Source: Raillietiella orientalis (Eukaryota). Taken from it: a stretch of DNA of 64,000 bases. Of this stretch, positions 50,640 to 64,000 are shown piece after piece. A model generated the notes under the pieces. That model made no database searches and had not been told where the DNA came from. It saw only the letters and a program-made list of their open reading frames with translations. Numbering within the stretch: the stretch's first letter is position 1; every line of letters begins with the position of its first letter. The stretch is taken from positions 186,001 to 250,000 of the forward strand of contig JAYWIR010000007.1 in assembly GCA_036172245.1 (NCBI GenBank), written 5' to 3'. The translations under genes and the position numbers were made by a program.

Positions 50640-53150
50640 GTTCGGACAAGCGGTCTCTTCGACAGCTACACGGCACTCCCGCCCTACGTTTCCCCACTGC
50701 ATGCATCCGCTGCTCTCGCTTTCCGTGCGCCTCTTTTCCACGAGCGACCCTCGAGCTCGGTGGCCAGGTCTGAGCGCGGGGCCCTGCCGACGTCTCTAGG
50801 AGAAGGGAGGCAGGCATCGGCTGCCTCTTCCCCAATGCCCGACCGTACCGCTTCCCGGGCCGCTTCCACTCTTTGCGGAGGCCTTGCGCTACCGCAGGAG
50901 CACCGGACGAGTGGCATCGCCAGCCCTATCTGCCCTGACCAGCACAGCCTGGCCTTCTTATTCGCCCGGTCATCAGCTGAACGCAGGTAGGTCGACGGTC
51001 CGACGGCGGACTTGCGGCTTATCTCTCACTCTTTCCTGCGCAAAAGCCTTCCCTGTTTCCGCCCTCCAGAAGCTGCAGACAAGGCAAACACTGCTCCTGC
51101 TGCTATATGCCGGTCCACATGAGCGCAGCTTCGTTTTCAAGCGCCTCTGCTACGGCCTTCCGCTCCTGGGCTGATCACTTGGGGAGGTGTTCGTTCCCCT
51201 TTCCAGCAGAGCGCTACTTCTTTCCTTGGAACTCTGTCGCTGGCGCCGTCTGTCTTCCGCCATCCGCAGGAACACCACCCCTCCCTCTCCCCGGCTACCC
51301 CGGAAAACTAGCAGGAGAACGCTCCAGTACAACTCGGTTTATTTTGGAGTTGGGCACCTCCCCCCAGGTGCCCAACAACGCGCCTACTTTGGCGGGTGGT
51401 TCCGCGTGAACTCTTTCCAGGCACGCGACTCCTGGAAGACGGGGCAGGATGTGAGTGGCGCGTGCACCCGAAACTCACCCAAACTACCACCAGGGGAGTT
51501 TCTTCTTCTTCCCCCGGGCAACAGCTAACAGCAGCCTGTCCGGCACCTTTCCAGCAGCGTGCACCGCCCCCCGACAGTCCACGCTGCAAACTCTCTTCCA
51601 GCATCCGCACTTTGGCGGGTTCCTCGTTTGTATCTTCCTTCCAAAGCTGCCGCACCGCGCCCAAGATCTGAAAAGAGGATGGGCGAAAACACAGCGGGAA
51701 AGAGAACAGCAAGAAGGCCACTCACCTCCTTGCGGTAGTAGTATGCAGCCGCCGCCGCTCCCAACCCGCAAACCAGAACTCCTGCTCTCGCAAGGCTGCA
51801 TTTGGGAAACATCTTTCTTTCCCAGAAAAGTTTTTTTTTCTTTTGCTTACCACGCCCTAGAGTTTCCTTGGTAACGATGGAAAGCTGAAAACCGACTGAG
51901 ATTTCCCTGCACCCAGGCAGACGCGTTAATTGAGACGTTGATTGCGCGTTGGTGGTGAAAGACAAAATGACAACAGGGAAGAAGAAGAGAAGGGGACGCT
52001 GGCTCCTAGTAGGGGAGAGCAAGCCATTTCGAGGAACTCCTGCTGCTCCACGATGGCTCTTCCCCGACAGTTGAGCCCAGGATGGTTGGGCACGTCCTTT
52101 GCTGTGATGTGGACGCGATGCTGCGCGCATCCACGCTCCCTTGCAGCATGCACTCGCGTTGCACACTGCCTCCACGTCCGCCTCATCCCTGCCGCGTGGA
52201 CCAGCTCTTCCGAGCTGCATGCACTGCAAGCGGTCCATTGCGAGCTTTTAGCCCTTTTCGCCCCGCATTCGTGACACTCGCGAATTGGTCCACACGGGGA
52301 AATGTGGTTTGGCAGCGTCGAGCTGTCTTCTAGTCGGTCAGTCGGCAGGCGTTGGGTGGGGCTGGCGGGCATCTACAGCTGGTCGCTGCCGCGCCACGTC
52401 GCAATCGGCGTTCTGTCCGAAGAAACGTCCGCCTTGCGCGCTTCGCGAAAGCCGCCACCAGGGGCACGGCGAGCGCTGCCGTGGGTGCCGCCATGTCGCA
52501 GCACGTCTTCCTGCCCGTACCATGGTCCCGCTGTCGTGAACCACCGCGCGCGGTGGCCTAAGCGCTTGAATGCCGCGTACACTTCCTGTGGATCCCAGCA
52601 GGCGCTCCGCCTGCGTGTCGCCTCGCACTTGTCGATTGCGGTCTGCTGGTCCGCTGGGCGCCTTGATGCATCATCCGCATCCTGTCGTGCCGCGTGTGCG
52701 CTTCCGCACGAAGAAGGTGTTTCCCGTGGCCACGGGACAGCTCGCCCCGTCACCAAGTCCGACTAGACGACTGACTGCTGTTCCCCGCACAATGAGTCAC
52801 GCAGGTGCACGCCATGAGAATGCGCGATGATCCACACACATCCCAAACTGCACCTTTCCATCGTCAGCGTGCCCAAAGCAGCATCCCGACGCGGCTTCTC
52901 CAAGTCGTTTGAACGGATTGGACACCTGGAAGCCTCCACAGGGCTCTTCGCGATTGGCGCTGCGTCCACATCTTCCTCGCATGAAGGAGCGGGCAAAGAA
53001 GAAATGAAGATCGCAGGTGGGAGGCCACCAAAGCGTTCCAGATGGAGGTCTGCTCCGGAGAAAAAGTCGTGGTCCCTTCCCTGTATGTGTGTGTGTGTGT
53101 GTGTGCCCACCTCCTCCTTCCCGCACCGTCTCCCGCTGCGGACACTGGGA
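50640..53150 (-). mobile_element. Copy of Gypsy relic 23650-25960, slightly longer
   Basis: Collinear; retains ~52410-52505 and ~52610-52756, which copy A lacks. Confidence 0.55.
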
Positions 53151-54139
53151 AAGGTGTTTCCGGTCTGCAATCATGGCAAGCAAGCGGAGTTGCCTTCCTC
53201 AACACTCTTCGGTTTGGGACGGCATGCACTTCATGATAAAACTAGTAGGCTAATGCTTACTGATGGTGGTACAACTGTATATATGTGTATTCACGAGTAC
53301 CGATTGATATTGATGTATCTATCCATATCTACATGAATTCTTTTATCAATCTCTCGTCCTATTTGTTTATACATATATTTTACGAGTCAACTATGAACAG
53401 AAATTTGCATCAATATACGTATTCGCATCAACTTAGATGTGTGCATATACTGCTTTGAAACATTGTACTCTGATAATAAACATTTTGGAATGTATTCATC
53501 GATGTGAATGTATGCCCATTGTTTTCTACATACGTACCCTCGTCGCCACATGCTCTGCTATGATGGGTTACATGTTGAATTTAGTGTCTGCAACTGGGTG
53601 CTCTTCTGTATCAATCCATTCGGCGCATCCTCCTTTTCATATGAATGATGCAAATTCCTGTTGTCTTATTTTTCTCCTTGTGGATTCGGATGCGCGGCGG
53701 ACCCGCATCCCGCCTGACGTGCTGTTGTGAACACGACTGGCGCGCCGCTGTTTTCCAGGTCGTACCGATGGTGCTTTTTGCCCTTTTCGGCGGATTCCCG
53801 TACGCACCTGGCAACATCGGCGCCTCGGGGCGCTTCTGAGGACGGAGCCCGAGCTTTGAATGAGAAGAGGGGAAAGTGCGAACTCCTTTCGTCCGATGGG
53901 AGCGCGACGGGAAGGGCCCCCGAGGGCAGCGCGTCCGCAGTGAAGGAGCCTCTCGCTCTCGTGTGCAGCGGGAGGCCCTTCTCAGAAGCCTGCCCGAAGG
54001 AAGGCGAACGAGGAAGGAGCTTATGCTAAGCTCTGTGCGTGGAACAGGCGCCCACCTCGCCTGATTGGCAGACAGGCTAACAGACCACCTACCTACTACG
54101 CGTATGTGATCGGCTGAAAGGCTCACGCGACAGCCTCCG

Positions 54140-57100
54140 AGTGGAGGGTGGGCTGGGCGTTTGTGTGCCGCCATCCCGTCTTCCGGACACCATCAGAACG
54201 CTCGTTCCAAATGAGAAGCCCATTCGCTCCTTTGGCCTCCGCTATCGTGGTTCCGTGGTGGACCGTTCAATCGTAGCATCCCAGTTTTTTTCATTCGAGA
54301 GAAAGCTTCCACCCTGCTCAGGCGACTGTGCATTCCCTCTAGAAATTTCCTTTTTGTGTTGTCTGCGTTCTTCGCGGTCAACGAGCACGTCGTGTCCAGC
54401 GAGTGTTGGCAGCCCAGATTGCGGCTTCTTCCGCGAGCGGAAAGCGCGTTCGCTTTCACTACCGCCAAAGGACGCCGCAGATGGCTGGAGATGCAGGGCG
54501 GACCAGCACGCTGCAAGAAGCACGAAAGCTGCGGTCGATGACCACCCGGTTGCGCCCGGGGAATTTATTCCAAAAAACGAACGAACCAGACGGAAAGAGG
54601 GAAAGCAAGGCACAATGGGGAAAGAAGTTCGATGAAGTGGGCTCCCTGCGACGCAGGTCGGGCACACCGAAAGTCCGGAACGAAAGGAAAAACGTTTCAA
54701 CGACTACAGAATGGTACCAACGGGAGAGGAGCCTTTGGCCACGGCCTTTTCTTTTTTTCGGAACCGGCGTTCCACGCCGGACATCACCTTCCTCACTTCC
54801 TTCAGATGAGGCCACCTGGCAGCCGTCCACACGTTGACGTCGTCGATTTCAATGAACTCTTTAGGAATTGCCTGCGACTCAAACTGTCGAAGGGTCGTGA
54901 GGATGGCGCGAATGCAACAGATCGTTGCGGTCACCGCACCTAACGAAGGGCCGCCACACGTGAAGAAGCGGCGCATGATGTGGATGGCCGTGTGCCCCTG
55001 CGCTTACAACAGACCGAGCTGCATAAAAGGGCGTGGTGGCCAGTGAGTTTGCTTGACGTGGCCCTGCAACGCAATATCCACTGGACACAATGGGGTTACG
55101 TGCCCGCAACGAAGATCCATTATCGACTGAGCCACAGCGACCGCGGCACGAAAAAGGCTCGCGAGCACGCAGGCGCGGTTTGCTGCCCGCGGACTGCCGC
55201 TCGCAATAGCGCCATCTGTCCTCATCTTCAGCTGAACATTGGTGTCGCTGCCGTGACGACACACATCACTGTTTCGTCGTCCAACATTTTATCGCCCCAT
55301 CACGGATTCGAATTTTCTTCCATTGGAGAAACACTTTCAGTCGAAGACGGACAGTGTTCTCTCTTTTCTCGCGTTCAGCACGTTTGCCCTTTTTGGAACG
55401 TTTCCACTGCACGCCAGACGTACCACCGGACCCACGCATCCACGACAGCCTCCCGCAGTGAGTACCGCCGCCCAAGACGACCTCAACCAGCAGATGCGAC
55501 GGCGCTGCCTGTGGTCCTCTGGCCGCACTCGCCCGCGTATGCGTCCCGCGCGCCGCCGTACAGTGTGAACACCCCCGTGAGCGTTCGGCGGCGACTCCCG
55601 GCAGCGCACTGCGCCTGCGGGCAGGCCGCGCGCGGGCGCACGCGCTTGCGCGGAAGTGCGACCGCTAAAGAAGCCAAAGTGTCCGTGCTACGCTCGCTGC
55701 GTGGGCGCGCAAAACTACCACGCTCGCGCTAACCTGCGTGCTCTCGGGAACGCCCTCCGCGAACCAAAGGAGTGGTTTCGTATTTCCCTTTTCCGACTGT
55801 TCCTTCCAGGCTTGCCGGAGAAGTCTCCAGCTTCCACTCCACGGAAGGGGACCAGCATTTACGTTCGTCTTCTAATCCAGCACAGGCGTTACCTCTGCTG
55901 GTATTTCCGACCCTGCGCGAAGCTGCACACAATCCTCGAAGTGCCCCAAGAGGAGCAAAGCGCGAAGCAGCCGGCAGCGTGCCACGCCGTGCAGGAGCAC
56001 CTGCAGGAAAAGGTACAAGCGGGGCAGCTGGCACAGCAGCAGGAAGACAATCAGGAGCAGAGAGCAGAAAAGCAGTCGGGGCAGCAGGAGAAGCACCCGC
56101 AAAGGCAGACAGCAGAGAGGCAGCCGGGGCAGCAGCAGCTGCACTCTTGCGCAAGTGTTGCGCTCCCAGGCCGGCAGGAGCACGACCGCCATGGAGCGCA
56201 TCGGTGTCCAAGGGAACGGAACCCAGCGCTGGTCGGATCTGTTCCAAGCATAGATGCCTCCTTCCCCATTCCTGGACGTCTTACGCGCTCCTGGAGCCGG
56301 GAGTTTCGTTTTCTGTTCTGCGGGCTCCATGCTACCGAGTGAGAGTGACCACCGAGGGGACCCCTAAGCGCAGCTCCCTCCTTGGGAAGGCAGATGTGGC
56401 TTTTTCTACTCACCACTTCACTGTCAGTCTGCTTTCTCGGTTCTTTCCTTCTGCGACGCCACATCTTTTCCGCCTGTGGCATTTGCTCCCTTTTTCAGGT
56501 TTGTGTTGTGGCGGTGGCGCAACGTGCGACGCGCTCGCGCTGCTGGCACGAGTGTCGCACGCTCATCTTGATGTACCTCTGTTTCATGAGTCGCCGTTTC
56601 AGTTTCGTCCGAAACCCCGAATTCTGGGGTCGAGTCAGTTCTGGGAAACCAAAGCTGCGCGCAAATCTTCGAAGGTATTCATACGTTCAGTGATACGCAA
56701 ATTCGTTTCAGCCGAAAACAAATACTAATAGTTATTAACAAACACACATCAGAAACATATTGAATAATTTGCATTGCCATATACGTTAGAATTGCTAGCA
56801 GAATAATGTGTATATGCTTTTTTCTGTTGCTGAGAACAATGCTATACACAAAGCAGAACAAACCTGAAATTGACATGGGATCCATCAATCCTGAACACAT
56901 GCATTCGTCATTGGGTCGTATTCCCGAAAGCACCGTCAGTCACCCATTTCCTGAAAATTGTTGCTGTTCTGTGTGTGGAGTGTAAAAAAGTGGGAACACG
57001 AAATGCAAAGTTCTTTGTCTGCTCGTTCGAATACTTTCCCGTTTCTCCCATTTCCCCATAGTTCCTCCACCATCCTGGCTTTCTGAAACACTGTACTCAT

Positions 57101-57415
57101 GCACTCATTTCATATTACATGCACAACATATACCTTCTCGGAGAAGACAGGCATCCGCCACTCCTCGAAATAGTTCACTGCCTCCTCCCTATTGTCTGGG
57201 ACCAAGGCGGCGCCGGCCCCAGCGAGATATGCATCTGAAATTCCAGTGATTCGAGTGGTCAAAGCTTCACGCGCTTCGGACAACAAGACTCTTCCTTGTC
57301 CTCCGCCTGCCACGCACTCTGCTCATGCACTCAAATCTTTTGCCAGACGGGCACGGCCACAGGGCGAGCTGCACAACGGACCTGCCTGCTCTTCAGCGTT
57401 CCCCATGTCACCACG
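54140..57415 (-). mobile_element. Decayed Ty3/Gypsy element (PBS-like site, gag, protease, RT), with an AT-rich interruption at ~56690-57120
   Basis: AQGHTAIHIMRRFFTCGGPSLG..FIEIDDVNVWTAARWPHLKEVRKVMS (RLPFG and YIDD regions; ORF 54704-54976); LVPDNREEAVNYFEE gag N-terminus-like (57110-57313); CAACA-CG-TGGTGACATGGGG at 57401-57420. Confidence 0.7.
55975..56145. repeat. CAG-rich low-complexity, imperfect ~48-bp tandem repeat
   Basis: GCAGAGAGCAGAAAAGCAGTCGGGGCAGCAGGAG (56057) and GCAGACAGCAGAGAGGCAGCCGGGGCAGCAGCAG (56105). Confidence 0.8.
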
Positions 57416-58149
57416 TGTTGCTAGCCGTGAGGGACCCCAAGCACCCCAACTAAGGCAATAGAACGGCACGTCTTCAGCACGTGCGCGCACCGTCTCTGCT
57501 CATTCAGTGAACGGAGGGATTGCAAACAAAGGGGGGATCGGTTCGAAACCGCAAAGGATCCAAATCCCGAGACGATTAAACAACAAATGCGTGTGCTCAT
57601 TGTGGATTGATGTGCAGATTTACTTTTAGAACCGTGTTCATTAATATGTACCAACACATATATTATTTTTATGATCAGCGATGTATGATATGTCAACCAT
57701 ATACACTAAAGAACAGAAAAAGCAGAACCTAGGATTCGTATACATATTTCATAAATACGTAGATGCAATCTACGAGCGAAACTCCGAAAACGAAATCCAC
57801 GATTTACTGAGAAAATCTCGTTATCTTTTCTGTTTGCACTCCATCACTACTGACAAAGTTCACTGAGAACGTCAGCTGAGAAACTATCGCTTCTTAATTG
57901 ATTTTCAGTAATTCGATCCTTATCGACCTACATTTGTTGTGTATTCATATATATCAATACATATAAGAAGCAGATTGATTTGGTTTTATAATGTTTGCCA
58001 TGTATTCATGGTATATTTACGTATATTAACAGTGGTAGGTGAATAACATGTGTGTTCCAATAAATCCATAATCAATATGCATTTTCATTTTTCATGGTCT
58101 TTCGAGATTTCGTCATTTCCGGGGTTCTGATCGACACTACATAGAATAA

Positions 58150-61100
58150 AGGAGGAAGACTTCCTTGCCCTATGCGCGTGAGATTATGGAATCGCATCTG
58201 CTCCTGTAGACGGGAAGCAGTTCTTCTTGAGGGTCGGCGTTCTGAGCGATTCCTGCGGTTCCAGAATGCCCCATATTGTGGGTCCGACAGGGATCGCGTA
58301 CGTTGGGAGCAGCCACGCTGCGCCTCACTTTGTCGAGGCATACCAGCGCGAACGCCAACTCTCTTAGCCACTCTTCATTTGGAGGAGCAAGGAGGGTGTT
58401 GGAGCCCTGCAAAGCTGCTGTTGAAGTCACCGGGATGGTCACCACAGCATCTATCGGTGACAAGGAGAGACAACATGGTCTGCCATTTTGATCTCTTTTC
58501 TCTCTTCCTTATGCGTCACAGTCGATTACACAATGGACAGGAAGCGTGTACGATGACCACACGTCTCCCGTTGCGCAACACGAGATCCGCACGGAGAGAG
58601 GCGTCCACTTTAGAAATTTTACCTCAGCAAACCGATTCTTAGCTCTGTTCGATTGCCGCCTCCGGACCGCGGACGCCGCCGCTTGAAGTTCTGCAGAGGG
58701 TGCCGCAGACGGAAATGTAGCGCATTCGAACATGGCTCGTCCCAAGGTCGACACCATACGCAGCTGCGATCCTGTTTTGGGCCTACAAGGGCAAAGAGGG
58801 CCCCGCTGGCGAAGAGGGAGCGTGGATGAATGAGCAGCCAGCCAGAAAACCGGATGCTAGCCGGCAGATGCTGCGGCGTCCATGCGAGGCAGCTCGCGGC
58901 ACGTCCTAGCCTTTCCTGGTCTCCGTGGTCTTCCGTAGCGAAACACCATGCCCGACTGAGCTTACGGTCACAAACACTTGATGGCAGTTTCCTCCTCATG
59001 GATGGTGCATCGAAACGAATGTTTCCAACGGCTCTAAAGTGAATGCAGTTCTCTATCTGTACGCGTCCACTCTGTGCCCATCCGCGATTTCCCCACTATC
59101 TCTCCAAATTGAACAACCTTCCCAGGTGTTGCGCCACACCCTTGAGTGCGGGAAGGCCATTTACTAAACGTGTTCAACCTCCTTTAAACAACGAATCGAT
59201 GGCACCTACACTAGGAGAAGCCCACCAACGTTCAGTCCCGGTGAACGTCGAGAGGGAAACAGGGGGCTACGCTCCACCCCGATGACCTCCATGGCCCAGG
59301 TGAAGGCGGCAAAGTCTCACGCCTTCTTCAAACCCTGCGCATGAGAGTTTCGCCTCGGAAAGAGCTTGAGCGAAGAATCGGACCCAACTCTCAGGGAAGG
59401 ACCGGGGTCGGCGTAACCACGACTGGCAGCAGAAACGAAAGCAAAAAGCGTGAAAACGCTGATGCTGAAGACGAAGTGACCTGTGCATGGATTACTGGAA
59501 GAGAAAGCAGGAGAAGGAAGATGCGTTTGAAAAGAGCTTGCCGAGGCACGCCCACCGCGGATTCAGCAGTCAACATCGGATAGCAACACGTGTTGATGGC
59601 TGCTGCGGAGCTACGCTGAACGCAACTGCGATTATCTCGTGAATGGATCGTCCGCGGGACTGAAAGCACACCACGTGCAGGGTCTCCAGCCAAAAGATAG
59701 CAAACGAATTCGAGGTCCAAGCAAGCCAAAAAACTGTCTTCCGCTACTGTTCCTCGGGGGCAATCGGGAATGATTCTCGGAGACGCTCGCCGCATTGTGT
59801 TGAAACGAGGGTGAGTCACGACGACCACATTCCAGGGGGTCCACACGGAACATTCACATTTTCTCGAACCGTACTGTGAATGATTGAGCCCAACCTACAA
59901 GGAGATTATCCGAATATTCCTCTTCTCGGCAACAACAACACCAGGGAGGAAGCAAGGATTCTTCGGAACCGCTGCCTGATCGCACCGTCAGCGAGCCGGC
60001 GGCAGGCTTTGCAATGAGTTCAGAGATGCCCCAAGAGAAGTCGCTGCATACACGACTCCACACAATCATGAACGTTTCTGCAGCGTATTTGGAAGATGGG
60101 ATTTCCCCAGAATTTGGCACGAAGAAGATGGCTAAATACTTCTTTTTCGTCATCAGAGACCAAAAGTGCTCCGGCACCGTAGATGATTGGAAGCAACCTT
60201 GCACTCTTGTGAGTACCTGAGAAAAGGCAGCAGCTGCGAATTGCGATGCTTTGGGACCTGCTTCGCACAGAGGGGAGTCTTTCAGATGGAAACACTTTTG
60301 CCTGAAAAGTTGCGCTTGCCTTGGGACTGCTGACATTCGTCCTAGCGCTTTCTTTCAGTCCGGAAGGACAACCCATTCAAGGTTCCTGGGCGGAACGCAT
60401 AAGACTCTTAAGAAACAGGATCCCATAAACGGAGACTCTGGACGAATGCCTTGACGAACGGTTAGATGAAGCTGGCGGTATAGCAGTCTGGCATCCCGTT
60501 AACAACTGATGAGGAACACGCCGAAGCACTGTGAAAAAGCCTAATGAGAAAGGAGAGGCCTTAGCTGTTTGCAATTCCAAAGCTGTGCACACACGTAATA
60601 AATATACCCATCGAAGCGACATTAACGGAAACAGCGCCAAACTGCTCAGACGGAAGACGAAGCAACCTGTTGGACACGCGGTAATCACCTTGAAGGTTCT
60701 GCATGAAATGGAAGGAATGAGGATAAGCAGGTCTCGTTTTCACTCGGATGTGCCGGGGCATTTATTTCGAAAAATAAAAATACATTAATTTTTCCAGTGG
60801 AGAAGCCGAAGGCGCACCACGCCAAAACAGCTTGCTGGTTGCCGGCGCTAGGCCGGAGAGGTCCTTCCGATGCGCGGGGGTTGGGACAGAAAAAACAAAA
60901 CAAACAAAAAGTTTAAACACGGGAGGGGATAAATGTTTAGGGATGGGAGGGCAGGGAGGGGATCACTATGCGCCCGGAGAGGTCCTCTAGATCCTGTTCA
61001 GGGTCTGGACAAGCTGTGTCCTCTGTGCGCCTAAGTTACACCAGCAGGTCTCGTGGTGATTGAGAATGATCCCAGTTTCCACAGGAGAGCAACGAAGTTC

Positions 61101-61545
61101 CAGGAAGGTTATTTGGGTGCCATTGTGATGCACTTCGCATCAAACTGTCTTCCCCACATATCTGTTCCTTATGAACCTCAAGGAATTGACCCTGTGGGTT
61201 GGAGACGTGCCAGCGACGGTGTGCTACATGCAGGAGCCTAAGAAACTTAGAAAACAGAGTTTTCCTTGGGCAGGGCACGATTCCACACAAACGCTCTAAA
61301 TGAGCTTTGTTCAGTATCCCCTCGACACAAGTGATCTTTCCTACCGTTGCTATAAGATGAGGACCTCACTGAACACATACGATGAAAACTGGAAGTAGGA
61401 ACTCTTCACTGCAAAACGTATCTCCCTATCAGAAATCTTCCATTAATCTCATGAAAGTAACCAGCTCATTTTCCTCAACGCAGAAAGAACGCACTCTCAA
61501 AAGCTTTGAGAGTTACCAAGGAAATAGTTTAACGGGGTACCTGAG
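58150..61545 (+). mobile_element. Longest copy of the plus-strand Gypsy relic (possible gag remnant, RT, RNase H, integrase)
   Basis: From ~59113 onward it is a more diverged paralog of 16660-18720; upstream GRCCGVHARQ and LMDGAS resemble knuckle/protease remnants; left boundary uncertain. Confidence 0.6.
60738..61042 (-). mobile_element. Second copy of the LINE tail insertion with 12-bp TSD
   Basis: AGCAGGTCTCGT at 60726-60737 and 61043-61054. Confidence 0.9.
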
Positions 61546-63368
61546 CTCCTTCTGGCGCGCCGCGCTAACAAACATCTGTTCCAGAGTGCATTACGTGTAC
61601 GGTGTGCCGTTGCGCGGCGGGATTCGGCAGAGCGATAGCCTCAGTCCCCTGCTCTTTAGCACCTACTTCGAGGTTCTGCTGAGAGCTTACAGGATGACTT
61701 TGGCTGCCTTGCCAAGTTCGTGTCCCGGCACGCCTGGGGATCCCGATGGGCACAAATCTGAAGTACCTTGGCGTTCCGCTGGGGGACTTTTGCCCGTCAG
61801 AAGCATGGTCAGGCCGTCTTCAGAAAGTGCATTTGGCGATCTCTGGAGGGCAAGTTCCACTTGCCGGAACGGGCCGAAGTATGGAAAGCTTTCGGGGCCC
61901 CTTATCCTTTGCCTCCTACTTTTTGTTTGCGCCGTCCCCATAGAAATAAAAAAGCGGACAAAGGACCTCCTGAGCATCGCCTTTGGGGCAAGGGGAGGCC
62001 CCGAGTCCCTTTGATGGACTTGTGCGTTCCACGTCGTGATGGTGGTCTAGGCCTCTGACGGTGGAGCGCATGGAAGTTCAGCTGCGATGCCGAACATTGG
62101 CCATCGCAGCCAAGCTGTTGAGCACCCCCTGGTATGTTCCTGACCGCCTCTTCGCCAGACGTGCATCCGGAACGTGAGGACTCGCATCTCTTCTTTTATG
62201 TCGTTGAAGGAAGACAAGAAGATGCCACCTTCTCCTTGGACGAGTAGCCACCCTGGCGAGGGAGAATACATGGATGATCTGCAGCCCCGTCAACTCCAGC
62301 GCACGGCTGGATGAAACAGTTGGCACGTGGGCTGTAGTGAATAAGAGGAGCAACGAGACATGGAATAGCCTGCGACGCGGCCGATACGCCCGCTGCACTC
62401 TACGCGACGTCCTGGAGTGTCCAGCCAGAAGCACGTGGGCAGAGACGACCTGCCTAGCGACGGTGCTGCCCTTCCTACGTAGGACCCTCGTTAGCAGCCC
62501 GACGCCGAGGTGGCAAGTCTCTTGCCGTATCGCAGGCAGAGAAAAATTGTTGAGCGGTTGGACAATGGGACAGCTCGCAGACGCCACAACCCAGAGCGTC
62601 CTTCAGCAAGGACTAAGAAATGGGGTGAGCTGCTCGGCATCAGGACGGATGACCTGAAATGGCCCCCAGTGATAACCCAAACAAGGATCCTTCCCCTAAA
62701 ATTTCAAGATACCGCGCTTATGCTGTTGCTCTGGGGACTCCCCTGCAATGCACGCCGCCACCACTGGACACGGGGAAGTGTGAACCCAAACTGTGCCCGG
62801 TGTGAGGAGCGGGAAACCCTCCCGCAGCTTTTAGTTGACTGTGCTGCCCTCCGGTCCCTGTGGGAACGCTTCGGTTCCACTTTAGGTTTCCTGGAAAATA
62901 GGCTTCTTAGAGACGTTTTTCGGCTCCTCTTCGTGTGGGACGCCCTGCAGCCAGCCGCTGTAATAGCAGCTCACTGCTGCGTACGCGGTATTGTGGCAGC
63001 TTGGAGTGGATCCGACGAAGCAGAGGATGTTAGCGGAAGGCATGCCATGGAGTATGCAGTTCGCTTTCTGCGAATAGCATCCCGATGGCCCCACCTGGGA
63101 AATCTGTACCAGGACCTCGTCGGCATCCTGCAAAGGATGGAAGCTCCAAGCAACGGACAGTGATCCCTTCTTGGCCCTCCAAATGACAGGTGTTTCTACT
63201 TTTTTATTTTTTTTTATTTTTGTTCTTTCCCTAACCCCATCCGTTGACGTGGAGTCGGTCAGTGCACTGACCACCCGACAGCTCCATAGAACCATTGGCC
63301 GCAGAGGGGCCTTCTACCGCAAATACTGTTAGTTTTTCAATAAACGCCCCGGCTTGACAGGGTGAAAA
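61546..63368 (+). mobile_element. Third copy of LINE 2661-4483
   Basis: GIRQSDSLSPLLF, KYLGVPLG, RRDGGLGL, ORF 62510-63163. Confidence 0.9.
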
Positions 63369-64000
63369 CGTAGAAACAAACGCTCCGCACCGCCCCCGTC
63401 ACCCTGCCAAGGACAAGGAATGCTACTCCGGAGGTATTCTGGGAGCCTGACCTCCAATGGAGCGTCCCGCCTGCGCGAACTGCCAGATTGGCCGCATGCT
63501 GTTCGGAGAAAGCGTGAATCTCCTGCAGCAGGGCCAGAACGAAGTCGCGCAAGACGTTAGCAACCGATCGCCTCTCATCGCTGTCGTCCAGCCCGTTGAC
63601 GTTCCAACAGGCAACTCGGACGCGACGAGAAGATGCGAGACCGCGCATCATTGCTGCGGACATGGAAGGTGCGTTCCTCCACCCGTCCGGCAAGGCATCA
63701 ACAGGGAGCACGACGGATAGGTGAGCGCGAGCGCACCCTGTCTCCGCCGCGCCGCACGCGGCTGGCTCGGTGGAGTACAGGACCATTGCCTCGGGCTCCG
63801 AGGAGCATCGGGAACCGTTCCCGCCATCAGGCTTACGCCTGGAAAATTTGTCCTCGCGTCTGTCCGGGTTGCACCGGGCTTTCGCGCGCTTTCGCGCTGG
63901 CGCCCGCATCGCAGTCGGAATGCCGCGCCGCGCACGAGACCGGCGTTTGCCCTGCCTTTTTGCTTGCTGGCAGTTCGATGCTGTCCCAGCGTTGGCGGTG
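63369..64000 (-). mobile_element. Third copy of the LINE APE/ORF1 end; continues beyond the window
   Basis: VACWNVNGL and LLQEIH in ORF 63337-63909. Confidence 0.9.

Larger units (their letters stand above)
44161..54830. repeat. Segmental duplication, copy B right block
   Basis: Diverged collinear paralog of 16240-27639. Confidence 0.97.
61058..64000. repeat. Start of third tandem copy C (paralog of 2173-5110 and 28010-30951)
   Basis: Offset 33048 from copy B; scattered substitutions. Confidence 0.97.

Overview
Eukaryotic, transposon-saturated DNA with no intact host gene that I can recognise. A large unit is repeated in tandem: copy A ~2173-28009, copy B ~28010-61057 and the start of copy C 61058-64000 (periods 25837 and 33048 bp). 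A and B each carry deletions the other lacks. The unit is a mosaic of decayed retroelements: (i) pieces of one L1/Tx1-like non-LTR lineage (ORF1 with CCHC knuckles, APE endonuclease, RT, C-terminal CCHC, and recurring 5' and 3' terminal motifs); (ii) heavily decayed Ty3/Gypsy gag-pol relics on both strands; (iii) a decayed Ty1/Copia relic; (iv) a two-exon CDKL-type kinase pseudogene fragment. I found no rRNA, tRNA, CRISPR or prokaryotic features. The best leads are the LINE lineage's conserved AATAAA+stem-loop 3' terminus and conserved 5' motif, its insertions next to ACG (twice antisense into the start of a sibling's ORF2), an excess of same-strand 5'/ORF1 ends, and deletion junctions that look templated. 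Family assignments come from motifs recognised by eye in decayed frames. Most element boundaries are approximate, and part of the duplication may be an assembly artefact.
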